The notes under the pieces: generated by a model
The model's database searches: none
What the model was told of the DNA's origin: nothing
Seen by the model: the letters and a program-made list of their open reading frames with translations, nothing else
Program-made: the position numbers and the translations under genes
NCBI RefSeq assembly: GCF_001194135.2
Contig: NC_068992.1
Coordinates: forward strand, 6,637,517-6,701,516
Direction of reading: 5' to 3'
DNA from: Octopus bimaculoides
Taxonomy: Eukaryota
Length of the DNA: 64,000 bases
Shown: positions 26,090-39,350 of the stretch, piece after piece
Layout: every line of letters starts with the position of its first letter
How positions within the stretch are numbered: position 1 is the stretch's first letter

Positions 26090-26330
26090 GGCAAAAGAAG
26101 CATACTCCTGCTTCTCGAGAACCATAGGGAGCTTTCATATGCTCTCGAAAAAGCAGTTAAAGGAAGTTCTGACCGATATGGGGTACTATGTATGCTTCAT
26201 CGATTGGAGTATGGAATAAAGGAATGTGTACCTACCATACTTCGTAGTATTTTTTAGACGTGAAGACGATCCTAAAAAATAAGCAAATTTGGAGTATCAT
26301 ATGCCTTCTCGCAGAGGGATGCTGCAATAT
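26090..26330 (+). mobile_element. Eroded non-LTR reverse-transcriptase fragment (I/Nimb-like), RT domains 2-4
   Basis: Open frame 26090-26254 reads ILLLLENHRELSYALEKAVKGSSDRYGVLCMLHRLEYGIKECVPTILRSIF, resembling LL.LE..IREAF..DLEKAYD..WRYGIL..L...GI.G.LP.FI.SFL. By eye only. Confidence 0.45.
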
Positions 26331-27702
26331 AACGAGAACCAAACATAATTGTCAAAACATGAATATTAATGTTGAACATTTTTGCCTTTTTCCCTAACAC
26401 ATCCTCATCGACTCCATCATCCTACAGATGTAGATGTTATATATCCTGAAATTCCTTTATATCACATTGCTGTAACGTATGTATGAACAAGAAAATGAAA
26501 TTACTGTTAATTTATCTCTGATGTTTAAAAGAGTCAGCTTGGTGCAGGACTGTGTTCATATAACCTGATTTTCGTATTTCACAGAAATGACCAAACTACA
26601 CGCAATATTTAGCAGAAAAAAGAGATATGTCACTGAAGATTCTTGCAATTCATGGGCTATTAGATGAAATTAATCGGATAACATCAAATCGATTAATGGC
26701 TCCATTCTCTTCGTTGTATTTACAATGAATATAATGAGAAATATGTAATGTAGAAATGACAACTACATATGTTTTTGTCAAACCATCTCATCTAACATAT
26801 AAACGAATATAACTTGCGGTATAAAGTACGATTACATATTACGTTTCTGATCTTTATGGAAAAGCAAATATTTTACATTTGGCATGTCGATATAACGGGT
26901 GTTGCTCATATAACCATGTTGCTTAGACGTCCACACTGTAAACACGTGATAGCAGGTTCAATCCGAAGTGCAGACTTTTGCTAATTTTCTTCTGTTATAT
27001 CTATTGTAAGCTTTTTAAGAAATAGAAACACACACACACATATATATGTATGTATATGCGTGCTTGCCTATATGCATAGTCATGAGATAACATAAACAGT
27101 GCGTTGAATAAAAGTACCTTGCATTAATTAGTTGAGTACATGCCCAGATCGCCTTTGCCTGGCAAGGTAAGTACCTAACAATTACTGGGTTCGATATAAT
27201 CGGGTAAAACTCATAAAGTGCATGCCCCAGTTTCGTCACGGTCCAATGACTGATGTTCTTAAAAATGCAATAAGTTTCATTCTTCTTTGATATTGCAGTT
27301 TAATTGTAAATATGCAGTTATACACACTTTTTTTACTAGCTGCATTTCTGCAAATGCAAACGTATTTCCTTCAAGACATAATGTAATTGTCAGCTACTAC
27401 AAAACTTATGTGTTTTATTTTATTACTAGTATTATCTGTATATTGATTTTCGTTCTTTTTTCTTTCTTTTTTTTTTCTTGGAAGCGATGTCAACATATTT
27501 GTGTGCGTAATTTGTCAAACATGTCAGCATACAAATGGTAGATTGCAGAAAGTTATATATTTATTTAATTATTTATTTATTTCTATAAGACTACAAGAGC
27601 GCATTCTTAGCGCACTTCTTAATATAATTATATGTATGTATTCACACATACTCACACACATACTTACATACACATCTATATATATATTTATAAATATATA
27701 TG

Positions 27703-27754
<52 letters not shown>

Positions 27755-28469
27755 CACACATACACACACACACACACACACACATATTCTTTTTTCCTTC
27801 TTTACGTCAATTAGAATAGCTTTTTAATCCATCTATCCTTCTAACTAGTTCAACTGTTCAATATTGTTATCTGAATATGACTTCTTTCTTTACTAACAAA
27901 TTATCTCTGATTTGTCTCTGAATTCTTCATTTCGTATTGTTGCGAATAAACCAGTTACACTTTGATCATAATTTCAAACGCATACATCCCACCAATTTTT
28001 TTTTTTTTTACTAATATTCTCCACCTTTGAAATAAAGTGTTATGCAAAAATAGTTTCATTTTGTTTTGAAAAGTAATTTTTTCCTTATAACAATATAATG
28101 CCAAATAAAGATTTCCGTACTACTGAAGCGTACTGACATTGGGACCGTTACTTTACACTGTAGCATGCTGTCTACTGGACCATATATTAACAGTAATGGG
28201 TGGTCTAACAGTGCATACTTATTAGATGTGGTCAACTTGGACAAGTTACACAACAGGCAGAAAAAAGTGTGTTTTAGAATCCATTAGTGATTATCATATA
28301 AGATATAAAAACATGATGGTTAGTCCAATAATAGTAATAATGCTTTCTGATTTGAACACAAAGAAAACCCTTTTATCGACCCTGAAGTTTTGAATGTTGG
28401 CATTGGCGACGTCTCAGAAATACTGCAAGGCATTTTTTTTGGAATTCTAAAGATTCTGCCAGCTCACTG

Positions 28470-28675
28470 ATTTAATAATTTGCATTAAGAATTACCCCTA
28501 GAGATTAGAACAGATGGATAGAGGAAATAGGTATAAAACCCAGTTTAATACAGCTGCAGAAAGCAGTGTTATTTGGGACAGCTAGGGTTCTTGACATCTA
28601 AGGTTACTTGTTGTAGCCCGATGTTAGGAATTATTTTCTTTTTCAACAGTTTAATCTGTTGTGAGTTTATGAATG

Positions 28676-28750
<75 letters not shown>
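28470..28750 (+). mobile_element. 5'-truncated R4/Dong-type (restriction-like endonuclease) LINE 3' end with 3' UTR and (AAT)n tail
   Basis: ALRITPRD*NRWIEEIGIKPSLIQLQKAVLFGTARVLDI* (28482-28601) matches the R4/Dong C-terminus GALG..PK.L..W...IG.....LQK..LLGTARILR. A ~75 nt UTR follows, then (AAT)n at 28676-28750. Confidence 0.85.
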
Positions 28751-28752
<2 letters not shown>

Positions 28753-29050
28753 CACTGTCTAAAAATTAGCCCTGATAGGAACAGCCCTCATCCTACGCAA
28801 GACACTATCAATTCAATAATACAACCTAAACAAAACAACCTACAAATACAAGACACACTCAATACATTTACCCAGTGAAATAAACTCCCACCAGCAAGCC
28901 TAAAAAACCAAAGCATTCTATACTCATCACACATTAATTCTTCATAATTTTGTTGTATAAATACATGACTAATAAAACAAAAGACTCAACAATTTGAATG
29001 TGAGGTACATCAGTAATTTTCCATGCAAGGTACACCAGTAATGTATAATA
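28751..29050 (+). mobile_element. Second, different R4/Dong-type LINE 3' end starting immediately after the (AAT)n tract
   Basis: KI(+1)ALIGTALILRKTLSIQ* with stop at 28817-28819 matches the C-terminal motif QKIAL.GTAHILRK.LS. An A/C-rich UTR-like sequence follows; the 3' boundary is uncertain. Confidence 0.75.
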
Positions 29051-30212
29051 TTCCAAGTAAAGCACTCAGATTTTTCTTGTCTCCAATTCGCTCTGAAGTC
29101 GTATAATCCGAGAATGTTTGTTGTTTTTGTTTAGACTCAAACGGTTCTGATCAAGCTTACTTGTTATTAAAAACTTTCGCATTATGTCCCTTTTTAAGAC
29201 GGTAGGGTGTAGTTTGTGGGAGATCAAACTAGCCTTCCCCCCCCCTCTCCCCCAGTAAGTCGATCGACTATGAAAAGGCTGCCATGTTTACTTTTGAATG
29301 AAATTATGTGAATTATGGCCGTTATTACTTTTCCACGACTCAGAAAGAATATATATTCATTTTGATTCGAAAAATAACGTTTAGCTTTTTGTTGTTTACA
29401 TTTTCTATGTGAGAAGAGGTGAATTGTAGCGTTTCAGGCGGTTTCTTCAAAGAAATCAGTCTATTTGCCTTAAGCTTTAGAAACGAATGAAAATGAACAA
29501 GAAAATAAAAATGAATATTAGATACAGATGTATTTATGAGAAAAGTATTTGAAATTCTAAGCTTTTCAAAATCAGCAAGACCATTTGGATTATAACTTAT
29601 AAGTTATATTAAAATGAAAAGAAACTAAACCGTTTATTTGATTTCCCTAAATAATAAAGTTTATACTGTACACATGAAATACTTGAAAACGTTTAAAACG
29701 ATTTGGGAAATAGCGTTCACATTACTCGTACAAGAACATAGAAAAAAGAAACAAAATCACCAACAGTATTTACATTATCAGACTAAATATTAGTACATAA
29801 CATTTCTAAAATGTACGTACTTAAACGTTCGTGATATATTCTATACAATTTCAATGGTTTGAAAGGGGAAGGACCTATAGCGCACTAGCTTTCAGCAGGC
29901 GCACCTTACATCATCGTCGAAGAAAACACAGGAAATTAGAAATTTTAACATGACGTAAATTGTCGTGTACTTCAATCATAAGCAACAGTAGCTATTATTG
30001 ATGCAAATGCCCGCAAAAACTTTTGTTTTTGTTTTTGTTTGGATTTATTTTTGGTGGGGAGAAGTATTATTTAAACTTTCTTATTGCACTTAAACCTCGT
30101 AGTTCAGCGCTTTGTTGTAAACTCGCCTAAAGCTGCCGATGTTGCTTTCGTGTTGACTTTATTATTCCTCTAAATATATTTCGTTTGCAAAGAACTATTT
30201 ATTATGTTTTTG

Positions 30213-30890
<678 letters not shown>

Positions 30891-31296
30891 AGAAATGTCA
30901 GATAGTATTGTCCACAATAAATACAACTTAATGGTTCTTAGATCTAAAAACAGAAAAAAAGAAAATATAATAAAGGGGAAATAAAAAGAAAACTATATTG
31001 CTCGATACTTAATATTTTCTGCGCTAACCGTTTGCTGGGGAAACAAGCAATTGAACAAAATGAAATATTTGTACATGTGAAAGAAATATATAGAGCATTG
31101 ATGTTTTTCGATTCACTCCACGTGAAAAATGAAACATTGGTACACTAACTGAAATATCAAAAGAATATTTCTATTAAGCCATACATAACGTATCGTAATT
31201 CTTTCAAACCAAGCAATTTTTTATCATAGAAGTTAAGTTTGAGTGATTTAGACCGTTTTTATTTCTAACTCATTTGATATTACATATACTATACAA

Positions 31297-31345
31297 CAGC
31301 AGCGGCAGCAGCAGCAGCAGCAGTAGCAGTAGTAGTAGTAGTAGC

Positions 31346-31398
<53 letters not shown>

Positions 31399-31414
31399 CA
31401 GTAGTAGTAGTAGT
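31297..31414. repeat. Compound (CAG)n to (TAG)n trinucleotide microsatellite
   Basis: Read directly. Confidence 0.95.
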
Positions 31415-33039
31415 AATTACTTGTTCTTGTTTAGTTCTTAAGTAAGCCTCTCCGATGAAGCAAAAAAGTGGATCTAAGTTGTTCTAGCTGTGACCATCAT
31501 GCGGTTTTTACTTCTTCCAAGTATAGTGTGTATCGGGGACAATATCATCCAAAGCGAAAGTTTCATCCATTCATTTATTTATTTACTCATTTATTTATTT
31601 ATCTATTTATTTATTTATTCGATTATTCGTTTAGTAGGCTGAACTTTGGAAGAAAACGTCTTTGCTATTCCTAGGTCCTACTTCGACTGGATTATAATGC
31701 AGTTCTTGTTGTTGCTGTCGATGCTTAGGTCGTGGCTGCTTCCAGTGATCAAATGCCTTGATCAACCAAACTTTTGTTTGGATACGTTGTATATGTTTTT
31801 TTTTTTTTTGTGCTATGTATTTTTGTTGTTTGTTTTGTCTACGAAGTTAGAGTACAAGTTGAGGAAGATTTAACTGCCCTTGGGGAGAGGTCTTTTAATC
31901 AGATGATGGGCCCTTACGTTAGATCAAGCATTATGTGGTATACTGCAGAGACAGTTAAATGAAACTGAAAAGTTTCAATATGTCTCACATTATTCTTTAA
32001 AATAATTTTAATAGCTCGTAATATATAAGAGAAATAGTTTACCTAAGAAGCTGATTGACTAAGATCAATAACGTTGTGTATCAAATGAAATCACATCGAA
32101 ATTCTTAACGCTTATATTTACTTTCATCCATTTTACTTTATACAATGATGAAGCAGTTGTTCCTGTTGACTTCAGTCGACAAAGCACTCTGCACTGAACG
32201 GTAAAAGGCACTCTGAAATTTACAGGGACATCAAAAAGATATTTAGTAGGAAATACTTGCTGGAACAATATGTTACAGAATTCGGTTAGATTTATTCTTC
32301 ACTCCATTGTAGAGACAATAAATGAAGGAAATAAATAAATAAATACAACAGTCAAGAATTATCTGTCGACCATTTACAATCAGGATGAAAAATGATTCGC
32401 TTTATGCATCGTAAACATTGGTTAAAAGAAAATATAAATAAAGCAACATCCTTCTGTAAGGAACAATTGCTGTTTCGTACAGTTATCGACCTTCCCATAC
32501 AATACTCCACCATTCCGATTTCATTGTGAAATCTGTTCTCTGTAAAAACTACGATGACTATTCAACTGGTGACAATAAGTCAAAGATATGCTTCCGTACG
32601 CTTTCGTTATCTGAATAGAATGTTATTTGAGGGACTCCTTAGAAATAGAACGACAGAATACAACTGGAATTATTGTTACTTACTTTACTTGCAAATATAT
32701 TCAGGATGTTTTATTGTATTTTCTATTGATTTATTTGTTGTCGTTTATATAAAATGATTTTTTTTTCCTTCGTTTTTGTTTAGGATAATGAATATTTTTT
32801 TTAAGTGATTATTTGTTTGGTAAGAGAAAATAATCACATAATCAAATCATATCTACATTTAAAGTTTGAAATAACGCAAGATTATTTCCTCACATAGAAG
32901 AGTAAATGGCCTAATGGTTAAAAAGTTCCGAGTTCGACCACGGCTGGATATGAGCTCAGAACGTAAAGAATCATGAGGTAATCCCCTAAGTATTTTGCTA
33001 ACGATTGTGCCAGCCCACAACGTTAAGGTTCAATAATAT

Positions 33040-33232
33040 TGATTTCATATTTTGTCATAAGGACAGCTATTTCGGGGGAGGGAGTAAGTTGATTACATCA
33101 CCCCCAGTGTTCTACTGGTACCTATTTTATCCGAAAGGATGAAAGAAAAAGTCGACCTCGGTAGAATTTTAACTCAAATTGTGAGGATGGACGAAATGCT
33201 GTTAAGTAACGATTCTGCTAGCTCACCACATT
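33040..33232 (-). mobile_element. SINE family A copy (a partial copy also lies at ~32935-33025)
   Basis: GATTACATCACCCCCAGTG..TGGTACCTATTTTATCCGAAAGGATGAAAG..AAGTCGACCTCGG..GATTCTGCTAGCTCACC. Confidence 0.8.
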
Positions 33233-33471
33233 AAGATCCAATAATATTAGAAAGTAATTTTCTCAACTTGCTCCTAATGGAGAACAGCTTTGACATACTG
33301 TGACACTGATTGTACCTGAGAATTACGTAAAGGATACAGACGTTTAGAGTTTACCCAACCACTGACACCATAACACGATAATTAACTGATTCTGCTCAAC
33401 AGTGGAATATTCACATTACTTATTGCATAGGTATAGTGAAATAGATATGCAATGCACACACACACACACAC

Positions 33472-33509
<38 letters not shown>

Positions 33510-34080
33510 NNNNNNNNNNNNNNNNNNNNNNNNNNNNNNNNNNNNNNNNNNNNNNNNNNNNNNNNNNNNNNNNNNNNNNNNNNNNNNNNNNNNNNNNNNN
33601 NNNNNNNNNNNNNNNNNNNNNNNNNNNNNNNNNNNNNNNNNNNNNNNNNNNNNNNNNNNNNNNNNNNNNNNNNNNNNNNNNNNNNNNNNNNNNNNNNNNN
33701 NNNNNNNNNNNNNNNNNNNNNNNNNNNNNNNNNNNNNNNNNNNNNNNNNNNNNNNNNNNNNNNNNNNNNNNNNNNNNNNNNNNNNNNNNNNNNNNNNNNN
33801 NNNNNNNNNNNNNNNNNNNNNNNNNNNNNNNNNNNNNNNNNNNNNNNNNNNNNNNNNNNNNNNNNNNNNNNNNNNNNNNNNNNNNNNNNNNNNNNNNNNN
33901 NNNNNNNNNNNNNNNNNNNNNNNNNNNNNNNNNNNNNNNNNNNNNNNNNNNNNNNNNNNNNNNNNNNNNNNNNNNNNNNNNNNNNNNNNNNNNNNNNNNN
34001 NNNNNNNNNNNNNNNNNNNNNNNNNNNNNNNNNNNNNNNNNNNNNNNNNNNNNNNNNNNNNNNNNNNNNNNNNNNNNNNN
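33510..34080. other. Largest assembly gap; others at 3723-3732, 14574-14615, 19050-19195, 38362-38665, 54134-54143 and 56019-56451
   Basis: N runs, each bordered by microsatellite. Confidence 0.99.
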
Positions 34081-34806
34081 TATATATATATATATATACA
34101 TACATACATACATACATACATACATACATACACACATACATGCAGTGTATTTCTGTATTTCTACTGAAATATTTTTCTCGCCCGCATAATTCCATTTGGA
34201 TGCACAATACACGTTATGCTCCGTATTGAAGAGACTTCTTAATTCGTTGACAACCTGTAACGTTTCAACAAATAAGTATATACTTTCATAGAAGTACATC
34301 CACATGTGTGTGCGCGTGTGTGTGGGCGTGTGTGTGCCGGCGTGCATGCGTGTCTTCGCACACGCATGGACACATCTGTGGAACATGTGAACCTGCGAAT
34401 ATAAGACAGTCGTTCTGTTCCGAGTAATTGTAACTAGCTATTACTCCTGCCCTTGGACATGCAAAGAACACGTGTTTGTCCCGTTGGGATTTTCCAATCA
34501 ACGACGTTTTTGTTAACTAATTGCAACATCAGAAAGAAAAAGAAGGAAACAAAAAGAAAAAATACTGAAATATTTACTTCATCCTTTGAAAATTGCCGAT
34601 GCTTCAAGATTACTAATTTTTATTTTGATTTTCTTTTTTGTTATTATGACTGAGGCAAGGAAGAAGATAAAAAGGAATATTTTATGTATCTAAAGCGAAA
34701 GAGCTTTGAAAATTTCAACTGAAAAGGAATCCACATTATCAATAAAAAGAAATGTCAGTTATACAAATATGTATGAAAGGTCATATTATACACATACATA
34801 CAAACA

Positions 34807-34863
<57 letters not shown>

Positions 34864-35589
34864 TGAACTACCTCTAATGTGTTGATATGTACACATGCAA
34901 TCGAAACCCTCTCCTTCTAAAGTAAGTCAAATCCCATATTGTTCCAAAAGGTAATGCAAGAACCAACATACAACTTTTTCTACCTACTTTGAAAATATGA
35001 GACTAAAGCTTTAAAAGCGAGAGGATGTGAGGTACGGAGGAGAAGGGAGAAAGAGAAAAAAAAGATGTGCAATTGCTCATTGGTGGACAGTTTTGTTAAA
35101 CGGGTGGTCAGAAGTGTCCGTTCAAGCTGCTCAGTGTTACAAGAAACCGATAACGATAACATCCATTATTCATTAATTAGTTTGACTCCACGTGGAGCAT
35201 ACGTTGTTAATTAATAAGTGATCACCATTATGCTCTACTGTCTTAAATTAGGAAAGGAAACCTTAGAACAAGTAATTGAGACATGCAAAATGCGGAATAA
35301 CACACGCACACACACACAACACACATGTACGTATTTGATTGCATATTGTTTCCTCTCTCTATATATATGTGTGTGTGCATGCATATATATGCTAGTATAA
35401 AATGTGCATACGAAAGTAACTGAGAGGTTGAGAGATAGGGGAAGTGTAAGTGTGTGAGTGTGTGTGTCTAAATTTTTAGATTGTTTTGTGGAGTACTAGA
35501 GAGATACGGAATTTTAGCTATTTAAATCCAACCAAGGTGGCGTAGTTACTGATGCTTTGCAGTAATATGTAATATGTAAGCTTTGAAAC

Positions 35590-35930
35590 ACATTCTTTCC
35601 ACAAGATCCTAATCAGTAGCAACAGTGTAGAAAGAGGTCATAGAGCACTGGATAGTGGACAAGATATTCGATAGAAATGCTGCATTTCTATCGCAGCAAG
35701 CTTTGGTACTTGCACTCAGCACTAAAACAACTGCCTTGTTTGCTTATGTTCACTTCAACGTGTTTCACACACCCTAAGCTCCTTAAAGAATTTGTAGACT
35801 ATATTATTAAAAGGACGATGGATAACTCCTGTTCTAGCAATCAGTGTGAGTTGAAGGTTTCTCTAACAGATTGTATTCCGGTATATAACAGCGTATTTTT
35901 CAGGCACTTCTTAATGCCAAAGAAACACTA
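35590..35930 (+). mobile_element. Possible eroded CR1/Crack-group RT fragment (domains 2-4)
   Basis: ERGHRALDSGQDIR (~RW.RALD.GQE.R), then SKLWYLHSAL (~SKAFDKVWH) and HPKLLKEFVDYIIKRTM (~KLL.WI.SFL..RT); frameshifts required. Confidence 0.35.
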
Positions 35931-36032
35931 ATAAACTTCTAACACTCGATGTCAAATCGCTTTTCACTTTTCACCAAGTCTCGCTCTTATGATACATTTC
36001 GGTTGTTCAGGAAGTTACACTGTAATAGTTTG

Positions 36033-36250
36033 AAGCGAGGTGGTAGAATGTTTAGTGCACCCCAACAAAATACTTAGCGGCATTTTTTTCCATCTCTAAG
36101 TTCTGCGTGTAAATTGCATCGAGGTTAACTTTGACTTTTCTCTTCTGGATTGATACAATAAAGAACCAGTGAAATAACGAAAGTAATGCAATCGAATTGC
36201 CTCCTCCCGCTACAATAACTAGCTTTGAGCCAAAAAATGAAGCAATATTT
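36033..36250 (+). mobile_element. Old SINE family A copy
   Basis: GAGGTGGTAGAATGTTTAGTGCAC..AAATACTTAGCGGCATTT..GAGGTTAACTTTG..TTTGAGCCAAAAAATGAAGCAATATT. Confidence 0.7.
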
Positions 36251-36515
36251 TGAGATCAACAAATGTTACATTCTAACAAAATACTGTTATTAGCTTCGAT
36301 TAAGCAAACTTATTGGTCTTGAGATTCTAACTTTCTGACTTAGCTGCGAACAAATATCAAATATTTGCATACAGTTCTAATTTTCATAGATGCGCCGATA
36401 TATACATATAAATGTGTGTGTGTGTGTATTCACACACATGTATGTACATATATACCACTTATACATTCCCTAACAATGTATATGTATTCATTACACACAA
36501 ACACACATTTACACA

Positions 36516-36577
<62 letters not shown>

Positions 36578-37356
36578 GAGTGTGTGTGTGTGTGTGTGTG
36601 TGTGTGTCATAGGGCTAGTTTTATAAGAACATCTCTGAATACCACAGTCAAGGACAGTATAAGAAGTTATTGTATACCATTGCGCATGCGTTACCGGAAG
36701 TCTATAATAAACATGTATTTTTGAAATATCAAAGATATATATATTTTGTGGACAATTACAGATTTTTTTAATCCTCTATACTTAAAGTATTTTTGTATAT
36801 TTGTGTCCCCACTTTGATGAAATAGAATACCTTTGATAAATCAAGTTCTGTATATGAATACTTTTAAATGAGGCTGTACCATGTTAAGTTGTGTTGTAGT
36901 GGAAAATTGCTTAGTGAATATTGCTTTGGTAGTGTTCTGGGAAAATATATGATAAAAAAACTTAGGCTGAAGTTATCGAGTTTTCGAGAATATTTTTTAT
37001 ATTAAGTTGTATACAATTTTATCTTTGCAGTATAAATGACGAAGCGATATTTTTTTTTTTATTTGCAGTAGCTAACTTTCACTCAAATTACAGTCTATCG
37101 TCTTACTACATTAATGTTTTCCAATGTGCAGTATCTCTGTAAAAAATTCGCTATGATCATTGTTTGAATATCTTTGATCAAAAGTTTGTTCGCTCGGGGC
37201 TAACCAGAGACTAAACTTCATCAACAAAGCATAACATCAGCAATAACAAAGTCTGCTTGAAATTGTTGAGTAAAAACTTGTTCTTATATTCACTCCAGGT
37301 AAACATATAGTATGTGAAGCCCTTAAATTGATGGGTACAGAATACTTATACCTAAC

Positions 37357-37578
37357 ATCTTTACTGCCCACAAGGGGCTACACACAGAGGGGACAAACAA
37401 GGACAGACAAACGGATTAAGTCGATTATATCGACCCCAGTGCGTAGCTGGTACTTATTTAATCGACCCCGATGAAAGGCAAAGTCGACCTCGGCGGAATT
37501 TGAACTCAGAACGTAGCGGCAGACGAAATACCGCTAATCATTTCACCCAGCGTACTAACGTTTCTGCCAGCTCGCCGC
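37357..37578 (-). mobile_element. Full-length SINE family A copy with 11 bp target-site duplication
   Basis: Same 3' subtype as 13359-13590 (reverse complement CCCCTTGTGGGCAGTAAAGA). Flanked by TTATACCTAAC (37346-37356) and TTATACTTAAC (37580-37590). Confidence 0.92.
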
Positions 37579-37885
37579 ATTATACTTAACTTCTTAATCT
37601 GTCTATTATTGCTTCAGAAACGGTGTGATGCGATTGTAATTAATTTGCTACGAATATTCATTGGAGAAACTTTTTAAAACAATTTCTGTGGCGAAATTAC
37701 TTCAATAACTGCGATTATATGATAGATTCTCCCAACTAGCAAACCACTCATAAATAAGGGTGCATGCATGGATGCATACGAAATTGTTTACTTGCTATTC
37801 TACGCACACAAACACAGACATATATATATATGTGTGTATGTGTGTGTGTGTGTATGATTTTATCCGAAGAGTGCAGTATTATATA

Positions 37886-37990
37886 TCTATCACGGCTGAT
37901 CTTCTCTATCAGTTTCACGCTAGGGGTACAACGGAGCGTTAAGTAACAATCCGATTACATAACCCTAAGCTCATCAGAGGTAGCCGATAT
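37886..37990 (-). ncRNA. Type I hammerhead-ribozyme-like fold, apparently lacking the cleavage site
   Basis: Minus strand: CUGAUGA (37977-37971), stem II GCUUAGGGU/ACCCCUAGCGU, GAAA (37916-37913), stem III CUGAU-7 nt-AUCAG, and partial stem I complementarity UAUCGGCU/AGCCG(UG)AUA. Confidence 0.55.
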
Positions 37991-38665
37991 GAAATGAAAT
38001 ATGGAGACTGGTCTCTATTGTTGGAGGAGAAAGGACATGTCCGGTTTGCGGTTACTGTGAAAAGATGATGAAACGAACCGAGTAGGGGATAATAATTAAG
38101 AGTTATGTCCCTAGGTACCGAGACACCACCACTGGGTTGGCTATGCTGTAAGTCGGTAAGAGCTATCAGGAAGTGTTTGTGAGAAGTGTGTGCATCTTTC
38201 AGGTTGAAGTAGTACTGTATGTACAACTTTTGCAGGAGGTGTAGGCATCCATTACTATGATCGCTAGTGTGTGTCTATACATACGTTCATAAATATATAC
38301 ATATTTCTTTATCTATCTATCTATCTATCTATCTATATATATATATATCCACACATACATANNNNNNNNNNNNNNNNNNNNNNNNNNNNNNNNNNNNNNN
38401 NNNNNNNNNNNNNNNNNNNNNNNNNNNNNNNNNNNNNNNNNNNNNNNNNNNNNNNNNNNNNNNNNNNNNNNNNNNNNNNNNNNNNNNNNNNNNNNNNNNN
38501 NNNNNNNNNNNNNNNNNNNNNNNNNNNNNNNNNNNNNNNNNNNNNNNNNNNNNNNNNNNNNNNNNNNNNNNNNNNNNNNNNNNNNNNNNNNNNNNNNNNN
38601 NNNNNNNNNNNNNNNNNNNNNNNNNNNNNNNNNNNNNNNNNNNNNNNNNNNNNNNNNNNNNNNNN

Positions 38666-38704
<39 letters not shown>

Positions 38705-39109
38705 GTATATGTATGTATGTATGTATATATATATGTATGTATATATATATATTTATATATATATATTCCTGAGATATGTGATTATGAATGCAGACGAGTA
38801 TATATGTGTACTCATATGTACATGTATGTTAAGCGCAAACATATACACATACACAAGAGGAGGAATAAGAGAGAGGAAACGACGGAGAGTTAGAGAGAGT
38901 AAGAGAGAGAGTGTGAGTGAGAGAGAGGGAGAGAGGATGAGGAGAGAAAGAGAGAGTGACTTCATTCAGAAGATTAGGCCCAGAGCATTATAGAATGTTA
39001 TTCTAAATTAATCATAAATGACTAAGTAAATATGAAATTATTAAATATCTTTAATAAAAGAGATTAAACTGAAACACATTAACTTCAATACATTTATGAA
39101 TGTATGCAA

Positions 39110-39350
39110 ATATATGCATACATACACATGTGTGTGTGTATGTGTGTGTGTGTTTGTCTGTATTTTTCAATGCGTGTGCGTTTGTGTGTGCTTGTATGTG
39201 TGTGTGCATATATATATATGTGTGTGTATATATAATTACATATATATGCATATATATATATGTATATCTGTGTGTGTGTGTGTATGTAAGTACGTATGTA
39301 TGTATGCCTGTATGTATGTATGCCTGTATGTATGTATGCGTGCATGTCTT
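39110..39350. repeat. Compound (TG)n/(TA)n/(TATG)n tract
   Basis: Read directly. Confidence 0.9.
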
